This document shows positions 1-13,100 of a stretch of DNA of 64,000 bases, piece by piece. Position numbers and translations under genes: made by a program. Positions within the stretch are counted from its first letter, which is position 1. Each line of letters opens with the position of its first letter. Source of the DNA: Phoronis australis (Eukaryota; Animalia; Phoronida); assembly GCA_002633005.1 (NCBI GenBank), contig NMRA01000060.1, positions 227,472 to 291,471 on the forward strand. The letters are read 5' to 3'. The notes under the pieces were generated by a model, which was given only the letters and a program-made list of their open reading frames with translations, was not told the origin of the DNA and searched no databases.

Positions 1-5
1 TTTTC

Positions 6-473
6 TTGTTTGAAGGCTATATTACTACTAATGGCAGCGGAATGCTTCCCTACTGCCGGAAATCCCAAATGTTAGACGAGTCCTATCATAGCGGGAATAG
101 TCAAATGTTAGACGGAATCAAATCCCGAGGTTGCGATGACTTGTTTACTCAATACAACGTGCGTCAAAACTTAGACAATTCTCACTACGACGACTTATGG
201 ACGAGAAATTCTTATGACGAGGTTTTTGAAGAAGTGAGTTCAACCAGCAGTTCAAATGAAACATATCCTACACACTGGCAGTGGAGAAAGCCCTCTATGT
301 ATTCCGTATCGCAGCTCGACCAAGGACTGTCTCCAATGGAAACGTTTATTTTAGGTGTTCCCGTGACAACTTTTGCAGCATTATATACCAATTTGCCTGC
401 CGAACTGTTTGTTTTCTTTATGATCATCTTAACTTTACAACAATGTGTATTACATTCTTTAAACATTCTATAA
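6..473 (+). CDS. Possible ORF or terminal exon of unknown function with a hydrophobic C-terminus (5' end may lie outside the window)
   Basis: 155-codon open frame at the window edge: acidic/Ser-rich N-part, then a hydrophobic tail (FILGVPVTTFAALY...LFVFFMIILTL). No family recognised. Confidence 0.25.
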   Translation: MFEGYITTNGSGMLPYCRKSQMLDESYHSGNSQMLDGIKSRGCDDLFTQYNVRQNLDNSHYDDLWTRNSYDEVFEEVSSTSSSNETYPTHWQWRKPSMYSVSQLDQGLSPMETFILGVPVTTFAALYTNLPAELFVFFMIILTLQQCVLHSLNIL

Positions 474-1042
474 CCTATGTAACTACTGTAAAAATTATTT
501 TGTCGTAAATGTGGGAAAGCTAGTTTGACTTTTGTGTGCCATTATATTTTTCCGTTGGTTTACAAGTGGTTGGATAATGCTGCACGAGAAGGCTGTTGGT
601 CATTGTTACTGACAAGATTCCTGGACAAATTTACCGACATACGGAAAGATCGCGCGCTCTTACCAAGACTGCGATTGTTCTGTATGCGAATTTTGAGTGT
701 ACGGAACCAATTTACTTTTGAACAATTCGAATGGTCGCAGCAAGGTCAACATGTTTTCGCCCCACACCAGTGGTTTACAACGGCTGGTGCGCCGATTTGT
801 CGTTATCGGTAATACGTTACACCAGTCCATGAAAAGTTGTACTTAACTGACAATCTTTCGGCATTTCAATGGTCTTGTCACTCTCTGACGCAAAATGACT
901 GTCACAAATGATGACGTCATGTCGACCAGAATTGTGTCGTGCACATTTGAATGGCACCAACTCAAATGATTCAGAACTGGCGTGTCCTTGTCACGAGAAT
1001 GAACAATGGCGAATATTCATTCTTCTTGTTTAAGCTGCCTCC

Positions 1043-1182
1043 CGTTCAGTAACGCTAGGACCTCGCTTAAAAGCAAGACTTCGCGAGATTACGTGAGATA
1101 TTGCCGTGCATTTTAAATGAGAACACGTGACTTTGACTAGATTTAGCTAGGTCCTAGCGTAGGTCCTAGCGTCTACTGAACG
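1043..1182. mobile_element. Small MITE-like inverted-repeat element
   Basis: GTTCAGTAACGCTAGGACCTCGC at ~1044 pairs with GCGTAGGTCCTAGCGTCTACTGAAC ending ~1181. Confidence 0.5.
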
Positions 1183-2203
1183 CACGCCTGGTTGCAGCAG
1201 GTTCTCTCGGATGCACACTCTGCCGGAAACTATGTATCCCTTGTAAATTTGTTTTCGCACTGCAGCGTCCTTGCAAAAATCGCTAATATTTTTCCACAGC
1301 AGTTCTTTTTATGCGAGATTCTTCGTTATTTTCAAACGCTCGGTATCTAATGTGTATATATAGTTTAACCTTGTATCGAAATGTTCTCGAATCACGGAGA
1401 TACTCATGTTTCTAATGTTGCGGGATACCAAGCTGTTAAAGAGGAGAATGCAAAACGTTGGAAACATTTTCAGTATCAGATTCTGGACAGCGGGTGATAT
1501 CATAAGTCATAGAAACTACAGTTGTTTTTATGTGATCTGGTGCAATTTATGTGCCTATAAAGTAGGTCTATAAAACGCGAACAGTGTAATGTTATTTCCT
1601 GTTGAATGTTAATGCATTGTAACGTACCCAGAGATGGAACGCGAATATTGGTGATGGCTCAGGTTTACAATGGCATAAAATTGCGTTAATTGCAAAACCA
1701 AGCCGTGCACGTCTGTAAGAGACGATCATCGTCTGGAAACGCTATTCCGTGAAATGGTAAAAATTTATATCGTTTCTGGCGTTCATCTCAAAATGTCAAT
1801 TTTCATCAGACCGAAAAACTGTGATTATTTGGATAGAGTGGAGTGTTTTAAGTGCTCGGTCTTGGGGATGAGTCAGATTTATCGGAAATTGTATCCCTTG
1901 TAAAGTTAGAAGATGTTGAATGAACGTCGGTAACTTTTCATATTTCACGCTTGACATCTATCTTGAATGACTCGCGTCTGCTTAATGCCGTCGGGTTATG
2001 CTTCGACTAAAATCTGTTCAGACCGTGCGCTGCTTGGTTCAAGTTGTCAAGTAGATTATTTTTCTTATCTGCTGAGGGAGTAGCAACGGAGAACTGTAGG
2101 CCTGTGTCTATGGTAAAAATGTGCCTGCGCTATCGCAGTGCAATGTCATTGAGAATAATGCTATGACGTCATGTAACAATGGTACTAAGTCGTACAACCC
2201 GTT

Positions 2204-2400
2204 ATAGACGGTATAGACGCAGTCGCCATTTTAGTAGTGAGAATCATTTTAGGTTTAAAAAACAACGCACCTGAGACGTGAATTTAACGAGGCACGCGAA
2301 AAAATTACTCTTTGCTCTGTATTTAAGCGCAAAATGCATTGTTTTTAAAACCTAAAAAGAGCCTCACTTTTAAAATGGCGACTGCGTGAATACGGTGCAT
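2204..2400. mobile_element. MITE with ~60-bp imperfect TIRs
   Basis: ACGCAGTCGCCATTTTAGTAGTGAG...TTTTAGGTTTAAAAAACAACGCA is the inverted match of TGCATTGTTTTTAAAACCTAAAAAGAGCCTCACTTTTAAAATGGCGACTGCGT. Confidence 0.65.
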
Positions 2401-3365
2401 ACATGCAAAAATGCATTGTTGTGTGTGATAATCGTATTTTATGTCAGGTTCCGTTTGCCGTCAAATAGGGAACAAGAAATTTCAGTTCATTCTCCTTCAC
2501 TGTAACTCACCTTTTGGAGATGTGCCGGAAATTTCCGAAGATACGCCTCTCTTATAATAACTTGGTCGCTTGGTTGTCCTACTTTTTCTTTGTTATAAGA
2601 TGTGTTTTCGGAGTGCTCTGAGCCAAACTTGGTGCTGAGATTAAACAATATGCAATTTCGCAATTATTGATAATGTTTGTAATAGTTTAATTACTAGTAT
2701 TGTTTATTGTGTATTTATTTTGTTTGTAACAATTGTAAATTCAGCGTAAAGCATATGCATGAGTTCTTTGCACAGCCATATGCAAAATAAAGAATTATTT
2801 AAAGCATTTTGTTTTATTTGCTTTTAAATGAACTCTCAGTTATTGACAGTGCACGGTCGATTTCAAACAGTCTATATTAGTTTTATACTCAACGTCCAGT
2901 CAATAACTTTAAAAGGGAACTGTATTTTATTCTGAACAAATTCTGGATAGTTTTCTATGAATTGTTGATTAATTTCACAAATAATTCAACAACAAAAAGT
3001 AAAGTTATATTCTCTAACGAAGCTCAAAAAGAATTACTGGCTTGGAAAGCTGCGTCTCGTGATGTATTTGGCGGGGGCAAAGTCACTGCCGTGTGTTAGC
3101 GTGCAGACAAGTTGCGTTTTTCATATTGTCGGAATAAGAAATTTTAGTGTGAAATGTCGGGTCACCAGGAATACCTGTTTGAGACGAGGCAACACAAAGT
3201 GATACCCAGTCATCGTCATCGCCAGACGAAAATTTGCCGTTGCAACCTGTCCGTATCAACAATTTACACTGGTGTGACTGTGCCGTGGGCAATGTGGACT
3301 CTAGCCAGCCACCTGCCAGCCAGTACTCAACTCTGTAAACTTGGAGGGTTGGTAAGTTACCGACT

Positions 3366-4576
3366 ATAGCTGTATGAAGACTATCGTACCACTGTTTGTT
3401 GAGCTCCATTAACCTCGAAATTCAGACAGCCGTTGACTACCCGGGTATAGTTGACTTATGCTCGTCACCTCGTCGTAAAACTTAGGCTACATCAACACAT
3501 AAAGCTAACGTACCGGCGGGGGGCATGCAAAATCTGGTATACACCGACACTCACATTGTTCGTTGCAGCCGTTTAAGTGGAAAACAATCAAATAAACGTC
3601 ATCTGTTAGCATAATTTGCCGCCTTTTGTAACAAAGAAGTGTCGTCCGTTTCAAAAACAGCACGCTCCTGACACGGCACGCGCGCCATTTCCTAAAATTT
3701 GAGGCGTCTTTCGGCTCGGACATGATGACAGCTTCGCAGCACCAAGATAGTTCTGAAATTCGGTTTTCTGGTATCAAAATACTAAAAACTTGTAACAAAA
3801 TGAAACAACGGTTCCGATAATTTGTTGCAACATGTATGCAACCTAGGAAGCGGCAGCGACGAACACTTAATAAAAGAATCGGGAGAAAAGAAACTGGTAA
3901 AGGTCAGGTGACGTAATCGCAAAAAGCCGACTCAAGAGAACACATCACAATTTTAGCAGCAGCCGATGAACGATCGCTAACTTTTCCAACACCGGTAAAT
4001 ATAGCCAGTCAGCTAGCTGTATGAAGACTGTCATCAAAATACAGCTAGGTACCACTGTGTGTATTTCTTCCGTAGACCCGAAATTGCACGCAGCCACGGT
4101 AGTTCAGCTCGTCACCGCGCCGTGAAACTTGTATCAAATGTTAAGCTAAAGAACGGACGGGGTGCATGCAAAATCTGGGAATCAACCGATACTCACCTTG
4201 CCCGTTACAGCCGTTTAAGTGAAAAACAATGCAATAAACGTCATTTTCTTGCGTAACTCTCCGCATTTTCTAACAATGAAAAGTATGTCGTCGTTTTGAA
4301 AACAATACGCTCGTGTCACGCGTACGCGCTATTTCCTAAATTTTCGCGACAACTTCGGAGAAGAAAATTTCTTATGAAATTCGGTTTTTCGGTATCGAAA
4401 TTCTAAAAACTTGTAATGAAGTGAAACCAGTTCCAATAATTTGTTGTGACGTGTACACAAGCTCGTGAAAGAACATCAGTTGATTGAAGAATCGGCGAAA
4501 AAAGAAACTGGCCAATAGGTGACGCAATATTTCATGGCGCCGAAAGCAAGGATAAATTATTGTAAAGCAGCCGATA
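3366..4576 (+). repeat. Diverged tandem direct repeat, two units of ~600-650 bp
   Basis: Units start TAGCTGTATGAAGACT at ~3367 and ~4014. They share collinear blocks GCATGCAAAATCTGG, CAGCCGTTTAAGTG, AATAAACGTCAT, CTAAAAACTTGTAA, AAGAAACTGG and AGCAGCCGAT. Confidence 0.75.
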
Positions 4577-4767
4577 CCCTGCCATTCACGTCACTGACAC
4601 ATCAGCCCATCAGCGACCCCTTTCAGGATTTAGTGTTTCTAGCATGAATACGAATCGGCTTTTTGGCACGCAAGTCAGGCATATGTGAGTTTTATTTGTA
4701 TGTTAGAACCGATTAATTGCAACATTATTTTGACTACAGTCACCTTTTAAATTCTGACAGATTGAAC

Positions 4768-4858
4768 GTGCGTGTACCAGTCAATATTGCGCGTGCGTGT
4801 ACCAGTCAATATTGTGCGTGCGTGTACCAGTCAATATTGCGAGTGCGTGTACCCGTCA
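4768..4858 (+). repeat. 25-bp minisatellite, ~3.5 copies
   Basis: GTGCGTGTACCAGTCAATATTGCGC repeated. Confidence 0.85.
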
Positions 4859-6121
4859 TTAAGTCATTTTAACCTGAATTCCACCATGTTTATCTAAAAA
4901 CAAAAATCAAATTAGATCTTATAGTTTCATCAAATCAGAATAGATACACAGTAAGGAATACTATGAGTATTCCTTAAAGTGTATCTATTCCGTTTCTGTT
5001 ACTAAACTTCAGAGTTTATTGTGGTTGGCAAACTCAAAAACTGCGGATTCGAAAATGGCGCATCTACTCAAACCCTGAGACACAAGTTGCCGGCACATTG
5101 GACAATCATTCAAGTGGAAATATTTTCAAACATCAAAGCGCTTCGGTTAATAATTCAACATAAGTAGGCAAACTTAGCTTGATATATTTCCCCGGGTTTT
5201 TACGATTGACCTCGGATCGGAGTTGTTCATAACTTGTATATTCATAATTGGGGACCGCTGGCGTAAAGTATTCAACCGGGGTACTGGGGGCGGGAAAATT
5301 GTTGACGTTCTCCCTTAGTTGGAGTTGTGCTGAATGAGTATTGTTTGGGCTTAAGTTTCGACTGAACTAACTTGCGTTGAAATCTGTTCAATGACGTTTT
5401 TAACTAAAGTGGAACACAAGTGCATCAGGAAGTTTCGCTGTTGATCCAGTAAAATATTTGTATAATAAGTACCTATAACGTTATAATGTTTATAACAAAC
5501 AGGGTGACTTATAACTTCGATTCTGCTGGTAAACCACAAACTGTTTAATGTGATCGGCAAATTCGTTTTTTTTAATAAATTCCGAGAGTCGCTGGTGGTT
5601 ACGATGTTCTTGATGGAAACGGGAAAAGAGTCCTTTCACGGTAAGGAATATTACGAGACCGATTTTATGAGAGTTAAGTCCAGCTTAACAGGGCCAGATG
5701 CAGCTTTAAGTACAGTCATAGTAGATGGAAGAGAGCCAGGAGTCTCCTCCAAATAGAAAGAGGTATACCTGCTTTCTGCGTGATAACATAGTCAACATTC
5801 CCAACTTAGATGCCCTTAATCAATTTATCACTTTTAACAAGATTACTCGGTACATCATCTCGCAATATAAATAAATATGGTGAGAGAGAGGATCATCTCG
5901 TCTACATTCACTTTTCAGTTTAAAGGGTCCAGAAAAAAGCATTTGCACTACGTACGAAGTACAGTTGTTACAAAAAGTAGATATCTTTTGCTTAATAGAA
6001 CCACTGATGTCTCGCTTTTTCATTTTCGAATGTTGGCAACTATACAAACTGTCAGTTGTTTGTAAACCCTTCTTAGAAGGAACACGGGTTTATAGTCACA
6101 TTAAGTTTTAATAGCGTCTTA

Positions 6122-6418
6122 CGTGTCGCATCGAGGTAGTTGCAGGGTATCTTTCCCACAGTGCGGATATTACCAGTCCCCATTTTGATATCGGCGTGGA
6201 TGTCGCATCAGGGTAATTGAGGGGTATTGCTCCCCATATTGCGAACGTTACCAGTCCCCATTTTAATATCGTCCTGCATGTCGCATGGAGGTAGTTGAGG
6301 GATATCGCTCCCTGTAGTGCGAATATTACCTCTCCACATTATAGTATTGTCCTGTATGTCGCATCGAAGTGGTTGCCCGGTATTGTTCCCCATAGTACGA
6401 ATCCTATCAGTCCACATG
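6122..6418 (-). repeat. 78-bp (26-codon) degenerate tandem repeat, ~4 copies, coding-like
   Basis: GTCGCAT anchors at 6125, 6202, 6280 and 6358. The minus strand translates as repeats of CDxQDDIKMGTGNIRTMGSNTPQLPx. Confidence 0.7.
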
Positions 6419-7070
6419 CACGTTCATTTCCCACTTACTTTATTCGTGCCCCTCCCTCCTCCGCCAGTCAACTTTGTTTTTTTTTGCGTTAGCTTTCTTG
6501 CATTCTAAAGTGCGCCGTTCACAAACAAAATCAGCTATACAGTGTATATAGGGATGGCAATTATTTTGAATGACAACTGAATCTCGAAAATTACGCGGCG
6601 CTTATCTCCGTTCCTGTTTTTCTGCGTACCTGTTGTGACTTAATATTATCTTTTGCAGCTGGTCAAGTGATTTTCAAAATGTTTGTGTTAATCAGGTGAC
6701 ATTGCCTCGAAGGAGAATCTTCAGCATTTTTATACTTTAAATACATCAGTCGTTAAATTTAGAGAACTGTACCCATTGAGATAAATATAGCTCATTGACT
6801 GTACCCACTTCTTCTTTTAAATTCGATGTTTCAAAGGCTGAAAAGTTTTGATTATTGGTCAAGCCACTGTCAAAATGATTACATGAACGTCTTTGAAGCT
6901 CTCTTTGATTGAAAGTAGAGGGACAAAACACAAAACCCTATATTTTGGGCGTAGGTTGGGTTTTCAGCAAGGACATCTATTGGGTAAAATACGAACTGGG
7001 TTGACAGCGCCACTCTGCGGAGAAATTTCTGAAAGCTCGACATATCTCGCGGTATTATGATGTCACGACT

Positions 7071-7105
7071 GTTTGCTTAGTGATGGTCGTAGCAACGTAG
7101 CAACA
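7071..7105 (+). promoter_or_regulatory. Putative RFX X-box cluster in the EFHC1 promoter
   Basis: GTTTGCTTAGTGATGGTCGTAGCAACGTAGCAAC lies ~85-120 bp upstream of the ATG and has two TAGCAAC half-sites. RFX X-boxes are established regulators of ciliary genes. Confidence 0.5.
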
Positions 7106-7188
7106 GCCAATACACTCGTTGTTGATTCATTTAGAAGTGTGGACTCGCTAGCGATTACATTCATAAACACATTTAACGACAAACTACC

Positions 7189-10100
7189 ATGGAGGGCTTA
7201 CCGTTTTTGCCAGGCAACACATTTATAGATCCAACGGTAAGTATTTGTTGCAGATATCTGAGGTATGGTGGTGGACAGTTCACATTCTGTACTGACTTCA
7301 GTGATTCACATGTCCATGTCGAGAAACTGAGTGAAACGCAGCCTCCCAGTGAACGCGTTCCCCCTCGACAAAATCGATACCGATCACTCAATAAATTCGG
7401 ATGATTCGCAACTCCAACGGTATCATGATTTGGTCGTCTGTTATAGGGCAGTTCGCAGCGTTAAGCAGTTTGTTTTCATTGAGAAGTCATTGTATTCTTT
7501 TTATGTGGCATGGAACGGAGGCACATGGAGTCTTTCTGTGTTGAATCCTTCCAGTTCTACCAAATACTTCTGCAATCAACATTTTTCCTATGGCAGTCCT
7601 TCATTCTGTCAACGAAATTGAAGACTGAACTCCACTGCTGTCAATGTCCATGCTGAGATCAAGCAGAAACATATATATATATACAGAGCTGGGTACTTGT
7701 TATGGGGAGGACAGCCTAGACGATGAAGCGGATCAGACAGGGAACCTGTCTTCCCTAACGAGTGCTAACCTCCGAGAAACGGTGGGGTGATCACTCTGTA
7801 CTCCTATACTAAACAACGCCAGCAAGCAATTACCTGTTTATAATAAATTGGTTATCTTGTAATACATATCCTTAAGTGTTTTGTCATCACTATGCAAATT
7901 ATGAAATTGAGCTTGAAAGCTGACCAAAATAGGTTGTGCTATCACCAAGTTACCCATGAGGACCATCAACACTGTCTTGTACAAGGCTGATGGACCAATT
8001 AGGATAGCTGGCTCCGATATCCACTGCCGGAATCCTGCTAATGAAGTTTAACTCATTTGCAATATTCTTGTCAGAATACTTTGCAAACGGTGTGTCATTT
8101 TTACAGAAAACAAGGTTTCATGTCAGTCAGACACTTGGCTATAGGAATGGCTATGCAACTCAGAAGCGACCAGAGGTGGGACTTGGTGGGGAGCCAATTC
8201 ACTACAACCAGTTGTCAGAACAGGAACTGGATGAACTGGCCAATTTCAAACCAACTCTAACATACGGTCAGGCCAAACAAGCGCCCCCTGAGGACTTCAT
8301 TCCTGGCCATGTTGCATGGGATAAAAAGGTAATCTAAATATTTGACAATTTCTGCACGGGTGTTTGCAGAATAGTGTTCGGTTATTTTAAAGTTCAGTGA
8401 CAGTTACAGTCAGAATAAGCTTTCCCCGTTGTTATCTAGAAGTCTCAAAGTTTGTACTGTTTTGCATTGATTACAAATGTTGTCAAGGGGAAGACAGTTT
8501 CAATGCGATAAATGTGCATTTGTGTAGCATGAATACAATTATTGCGTTGTATATGTTTTTATCTAATTGTCATCTTAATCTTTAGGGTTCATACTTTGAC
8601 AAATCTAGCCAGGTATAGTTATGTTTGCTGTTTGTGGCAAGTGCATATCACATGAGTCAGTTTGTATAACTTTTGAGTGAAGAAAAATAAAGTTTACAAA
8701 GCAAAAGATTTTTTTACTGAATGAAGCAAGGGATTACTTTCAGCAAGGAAAAACATCAAACGTCCTTGAAGTAAAAATTATTAGTCTTCTCACGTGCCAT
8801 ATGCCGGTCAAATCGTGTGTCCTATAGTTAAGTCACAAAAGATCTGTTTTCGGACAAGGCTCGAACCCGGGACTTTCAGCTGATTTATAACAGCACAATT
8901 AAGATAGTTCTTTTGTTTTGGAATTATTTGTTTTGGAATTAATAGTTAGGTTATTTTTAGAGTATGAGCAACACAAAATATGTTGCTTTATGTATACAAA
9001 ATAAAATGATCTGATAGGGACACTTGTATAATAAAATTAGTACAGGCAAAATGCAATAAAGTGATATTTAGTACTGTTTGAAATGGAAGCCCCAACAAAA
9101 GGTCAGCAATATCTCATCATGCATGCTGTGGAATTTTAAGGTTGTAAGCTTCTAACACTACTTACTGTTTAATTTAATGATAAGCAATTAGGTTGTTTTG
9201 AATTTTCTTGTAGTATCATCAATTATCCTTGAAAACAAAAAATGATTCTGTCCAATGTTAAATTTATCATGCTCGGGCTCAGAGGATTATACAGCAACGG
9301 AAAACTCATGCGCAATTTGCATCACTTTTTCAGGTACTCCGTTTCAATGCCTACTTCAAACAAACTGTGCATGAGTCGGCAGATGAATACTACAGAGTGC
9401 GTCCAGTAGACATTTATTACTACTTGGAGGATGACAGTATCTCAGTTGTAGAGCCAGTGAGACAGAACAGTGGAATGCCCCAAGGTATGTTTGAATCATA
9501 AGAGAGCATTGATGTATTAGAGCTGGGTGTCATTTTCAATCAATAGATGTCAGGACTAGTTGCTGTTTTGTTTGTTCTTTGTGAATTGTGTGCTGTCATC
9601 TTTTGAGCACTAAGCATAGTTAATGTCTGCTTTTCCTTCAAACGAATAAGAGGAAATCTCAGAGGTCGTTAATGTAAAGGGGTCAGCTGGGACATGGCAC
9701 TGAGATTGGGTGCATTTTTAAAATTTTCTGGTAATACGTTTGATTTGTGTTCGTACCAAATTTGGGATATCAGTTCATATTAAGTGGCTTTAAAAGCATG
9801 ACAGGAAATTGATGTTTTTACTAGCAATTGAAAATCAAACTTCGTCTTCGGCAATGAACCCGGAACAGTTAGAATCTGGACAGTAGGTTAGGGTATATTT
9901 TGGGCAAACTTTTCCCTGATTAGATATAAAAATGGGTCATGTTTCAAGTCCTCTTTCAAGGTATAGACATGGTGTAAGATTTTAGGTCTTGAGTATAAAT
10001 ATGGGTATGATATTTATTGCTACCCAGTTATGATTCTGGTCCTAGAATTGAAAGCCAAGCTGCAGGGAAAGAATATTGCCTCTGTGTTGCGAATGTATTA

Positions 10101-13100
10101 TGCAAACTGGTATTTTTATGGTAGAATTCTTGATAAACGAGAAGTAGTATTTATAGTTAAAATCATCCATCTGAAGGAATAGGCTTGTTTTCCTTATTTT
10201 AGCATTCAAAACTGTATCCTATCTATTTGCAGTAGCCACGCTGTGAAGCAAAACCATAAGACATACATCTAATCTGTGATTAACGAAGCAGAGTATCTTT
10301 TTTAGGAAAACTAATAAAACGACAGAGGTTGCCCAAGAATGATGTAGGCGACCACTGGCATTGGAAGGACATTAACAATGGTGTCAATGTGACATTCTAT
10401 GGGAAAGTGTTCCACGTGACAAACTGTGATGAATGGACCAAGGTAAGATTGTCAGTTCTTGGCATAATGATCAGTAATAGGCCTTTCCTGCAGCTCACAC
10501 GGTCTTTTTTGTAGATTACCCATTTTTACACCTTGTTCATTGCTGTTTTTGTAGGAAACATGTCTTTTGTCATGCTGTGAGCATTAAAAACGAAAAGTAA
10601 TGTAGACCCTATTTTCCAGGTCACATGTGTCAATTTTTTATGCAAATATGTATTTGGATATATTGTAGCTTTTGTTTCAGTTATCGTGCAACTTTGGTGA
10701 TGTTGAATCAAGTGATGAGACATAAACTATGCAATAAATAGATCACAGCAGCTTCTGTGCCTTACGCATGCCAACTTGATAAGTTTTATTTTTGAATTTA
10801 AGATTCGTTTCAGTCCTAAATAGCTTTTGGGATTAATTGAAAGTTGTGATCCCAATCTTTTTCACTGGTTGAATATAAACCATTGATATAAATATTTCAA
10901 TTGCTTAAATTTTCAGAACTTCTTAGAAAGTGAAGGTATTGTGGTGAATCCTGCTGAGCCGACACCGGAGGACCCCTACCTCTACAAACGCGAGCAGGCC
11001 GCACTGCCAAGGACCTACAAGACGCCCTCTGCATTTGATAAACAGAAACAGTTCCTAGAGATGGATCGTAAAGTCCTGCGCATGTTCTGCGTCTGGGATG
11101 ACAGGGATGCCATGTTTGGTGAAATGCGTCCGTTTGTTATCCACGTACGTATCTTCTCATAACAAAACAATAGCTAGGAAGCTAAATTTTAACTGCAAGT
11201 GAATAAAGAACATTACCAAGGAATAGAATGAGATAAGGGTGCATTTGTGGAATAAGGGACCCATGAGGCTATCTAAATGGATGCATGTTACAGGTGTGGT
11301 CACTGTTTCAGAGAACATTGAGCTTCTGTATACATGACAAGTATTTTCAAGTCTTTGGCAAAATCATTTCTTTTAATATAAACTCTTATCGTTAGACGTT
11401 AGTTCTGTTCGTAACATCACCACAGTATGTTTTAAAATTTAAATATCACAAGCCGTGTTTATTTTGCGCAATCTCTCACCCTCGTCTGCTAAATATTACC
11501 AGAATCATTTACTATACGCGTATGTTAATATTCCATAAATCCTCTGTTCGTTCAAGTTACATTTATTATGCACATCTTATATTTACTTTGCACTGTTGTA
11601 CTTAATTATGATATTCAGACATATTTTAAAAAAACTTCACTTTTAATATTGTACAAAAATACAATAGTTTTTATCTATTTCAGTATTACTTGGTGGACGA
11701 TACCCTGGAGATCCGCGAATGTCACCAGGCAAACAATGGTCGCGACCCATTCCCTTTTCTGATTGGTCGTCAAAAGATCCCCATCAATCGTTACAATGTC
11801 CCGTCAACTCATCCGGGAGTTTCTATGGAACTGACAGACCACGAAATCAAGGACTATTTTAGGCCTCAACACTTCAAAATTGGTGAAACTGTGATCATTA
11901 ACAACAGACGGTTCCTCATCTATGCTTTTGACGAATTCACTCAGGCATTTTACTACAAAACATTTGGAATCACAGACTTTACTCCTGTGGATGTGAAAGG
12001 ACTAGATAAAACTTTGCCAAAAATGGTGAGTTGAGATGTTTTTTGTTATTACTTGCTTGTCAAAAATATCTTTAGGAATGACGGCGTTTGTGCATGTGAT
12101 CAGTAGTAGTAGTTTTGCAACTTTGCTACTCTTCAAGTTGATCTCATTCTGTGATAAACTAAAAATTGTTGACATGTTGAAGAATTTTCTTCATGTTTAA
12201 CTATTTTATTCCAGGAAATCCCACCATACAATGGATTTGGTTCACTGGAAGACTCTATGCAATCCTGTCTCTCATTGATGCCTCAACCACCAAAGAAAGA
12301 TTTCATCAAAATGCTCGAGAACGACCACAAAGTACTCCGTTACGAGGCTATTCTTGACAGTGTCAAGCCAGAAGACAAACGGCGACGATTTATTATCTCG
12401 TATCGTCTTGCTGACGACATGCTCACCATCTACGAGCCTCCTGTCAGGAACTCTGGAATCATTGGAGGAAAGTTCCTTGAACGCACACGAGTGGCCAAGC
12501 CAGGCTCCACACCAGACAGGCCGATCTTCTACGGACCGGAGGATTTCAAGATTGGAGCCACTATCGAAATATATGGACACCGGTTCGTTCTCACCAATGC
12601 TGATGAGTATGTTCTCAAGCAGCTAGCGCCTAGGGGTGATATGCCTGCTGATACAATACAATCACTGCAACAGACTCTATCCAGCCAGGGAGCTGGGGAC
12701 ATGTCTGGGAAGAATGCACCGATGAAAGTTAGAAGAACGTAAGTTCATGAGACAACTACGCTAACATTTGGGGTTTTGTAACCCCAACGCCTAATCGAGC
12801 CTCAGCCAGACTGTGACTAACCCATCCTAATTAATTCACAAGTTAATGCTCGTGGCTTATTCGAGATGCTGAATAAAAGCTATTCATTAATTTTTCTTAT
12901 TATGCATCGATTTTAAAAATTCAAAGATGGCTACTACTTACTTTTCAATTTTGGAAACAGCCGTGTTGGCCGTTTGCCTTACTTTAGTGTTCGTTTTTTG
13001 ACTTTGAAACTCGTACGCTAAACAGACGTGTTCATGGTTTACGACTGCTATACACGCTCAGCCAAGCTCATGAATAGCAACAAGCTCACTTCAATCTGTG

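Noticed and set aside
8843-8881. tRNA gene (minus strand GAAAGTCCCGGGTTCGAGCC, B-box)
   Set aside because: Only a 3' half resembling a T-arm is present, with no cloverleaf; at most a tRNA or SINE fragment.
12272-12626. Overlapping alternative-frame and antisense ORFs in EFHC1 exon 7 (similarly 34494-35218 and 58106-58463)
   Set aside because: Shadow ORFs of real coding exons with no independent protein features.
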